DNA of 64,000 bases from positions 1,357,604-1,421,603 of the forward strand of contig NMRA01000019.1 of NCBI GenBank assembly GCA_002633005.1, read 5' to 3'. The notes under the pieces are model-generated. The model ran no database searches and had not been told where the DNA came from. It saw only the letters and a list, made by a program, of their open reading frames with translations. The DNA is from Phoronis australis (taxonomy: Eukaryota > Animalia > Phoronida). The translations under genes and the position numbers were made by a program. Shown here in pieces: positions 63,719 through 64,000 of this stretch. Numbering within the stretch: position 1 is the stretch's first letter; each line of letters opens with the position of its first letter.

Positions 63719-64000
63719 TTAAAGTCAGATAGAGCTAATTTTGAAGTTGTTCAAACATGATGTTTAGATTTATGAAGATTTAAAAAAGAATTTGAGGTAT
63801 TTTTGTAAGTAGCCATTTTGCCACTGCACCAGACTTGTCATCTTTTGTAACCATACCACAGCTTAGTGGTCATGCTACATGTACGTTTAAAATTAACTGA
63901 AAGATACCTTTATGCAATGAATCTACAAAAAAATGTAAAGTTCACCGGAAAGTAGGTCTAACTTAAATGTCTTAATGGTGCAATTACGGCCAATTCCATG

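Overview
This is AT-rich animal genomic DNA, repeat-rich and with two sizeable assembly gaps. The repeat types suggest an invertebrate deuterostome, which is an inference. Two spliced genes point away from each other. On the minus strand I traced the 5' part of a VPS13A/C-like bulk lipid-transport gene: 19 GT-AG coding exons from the ATG at 25273 down to 1241, about 750 codons in one continuous frame, continuing past the left edge. On the plus strand is a complete 6-exon CLYBL (citrate lyase beta-like / citramalyl-CoA lyase) gene, 42181-50105, 368 aa, with a mitochondrial-type leader. The rest is transposon debris: a Gypsy LTR remnant with Gmr1-like domain order, a 5'-truncated LINE with a 13-bp TSD, Kolobok-like TTAA elements (one with a decayed THAP domain), Helentron-associated elements, MITEs, a tRNA-derived SINE-like head and minisatellites. 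I see no clearly new multi-gene system. The best leads are regulatory: two strong frame-compatible splice acceptors in the large VPS13 intron (a candidate 33-nt microexon and a candidate truncating last exon), and uORFs next to both start codons. All analysis was by eye; no searches were run.
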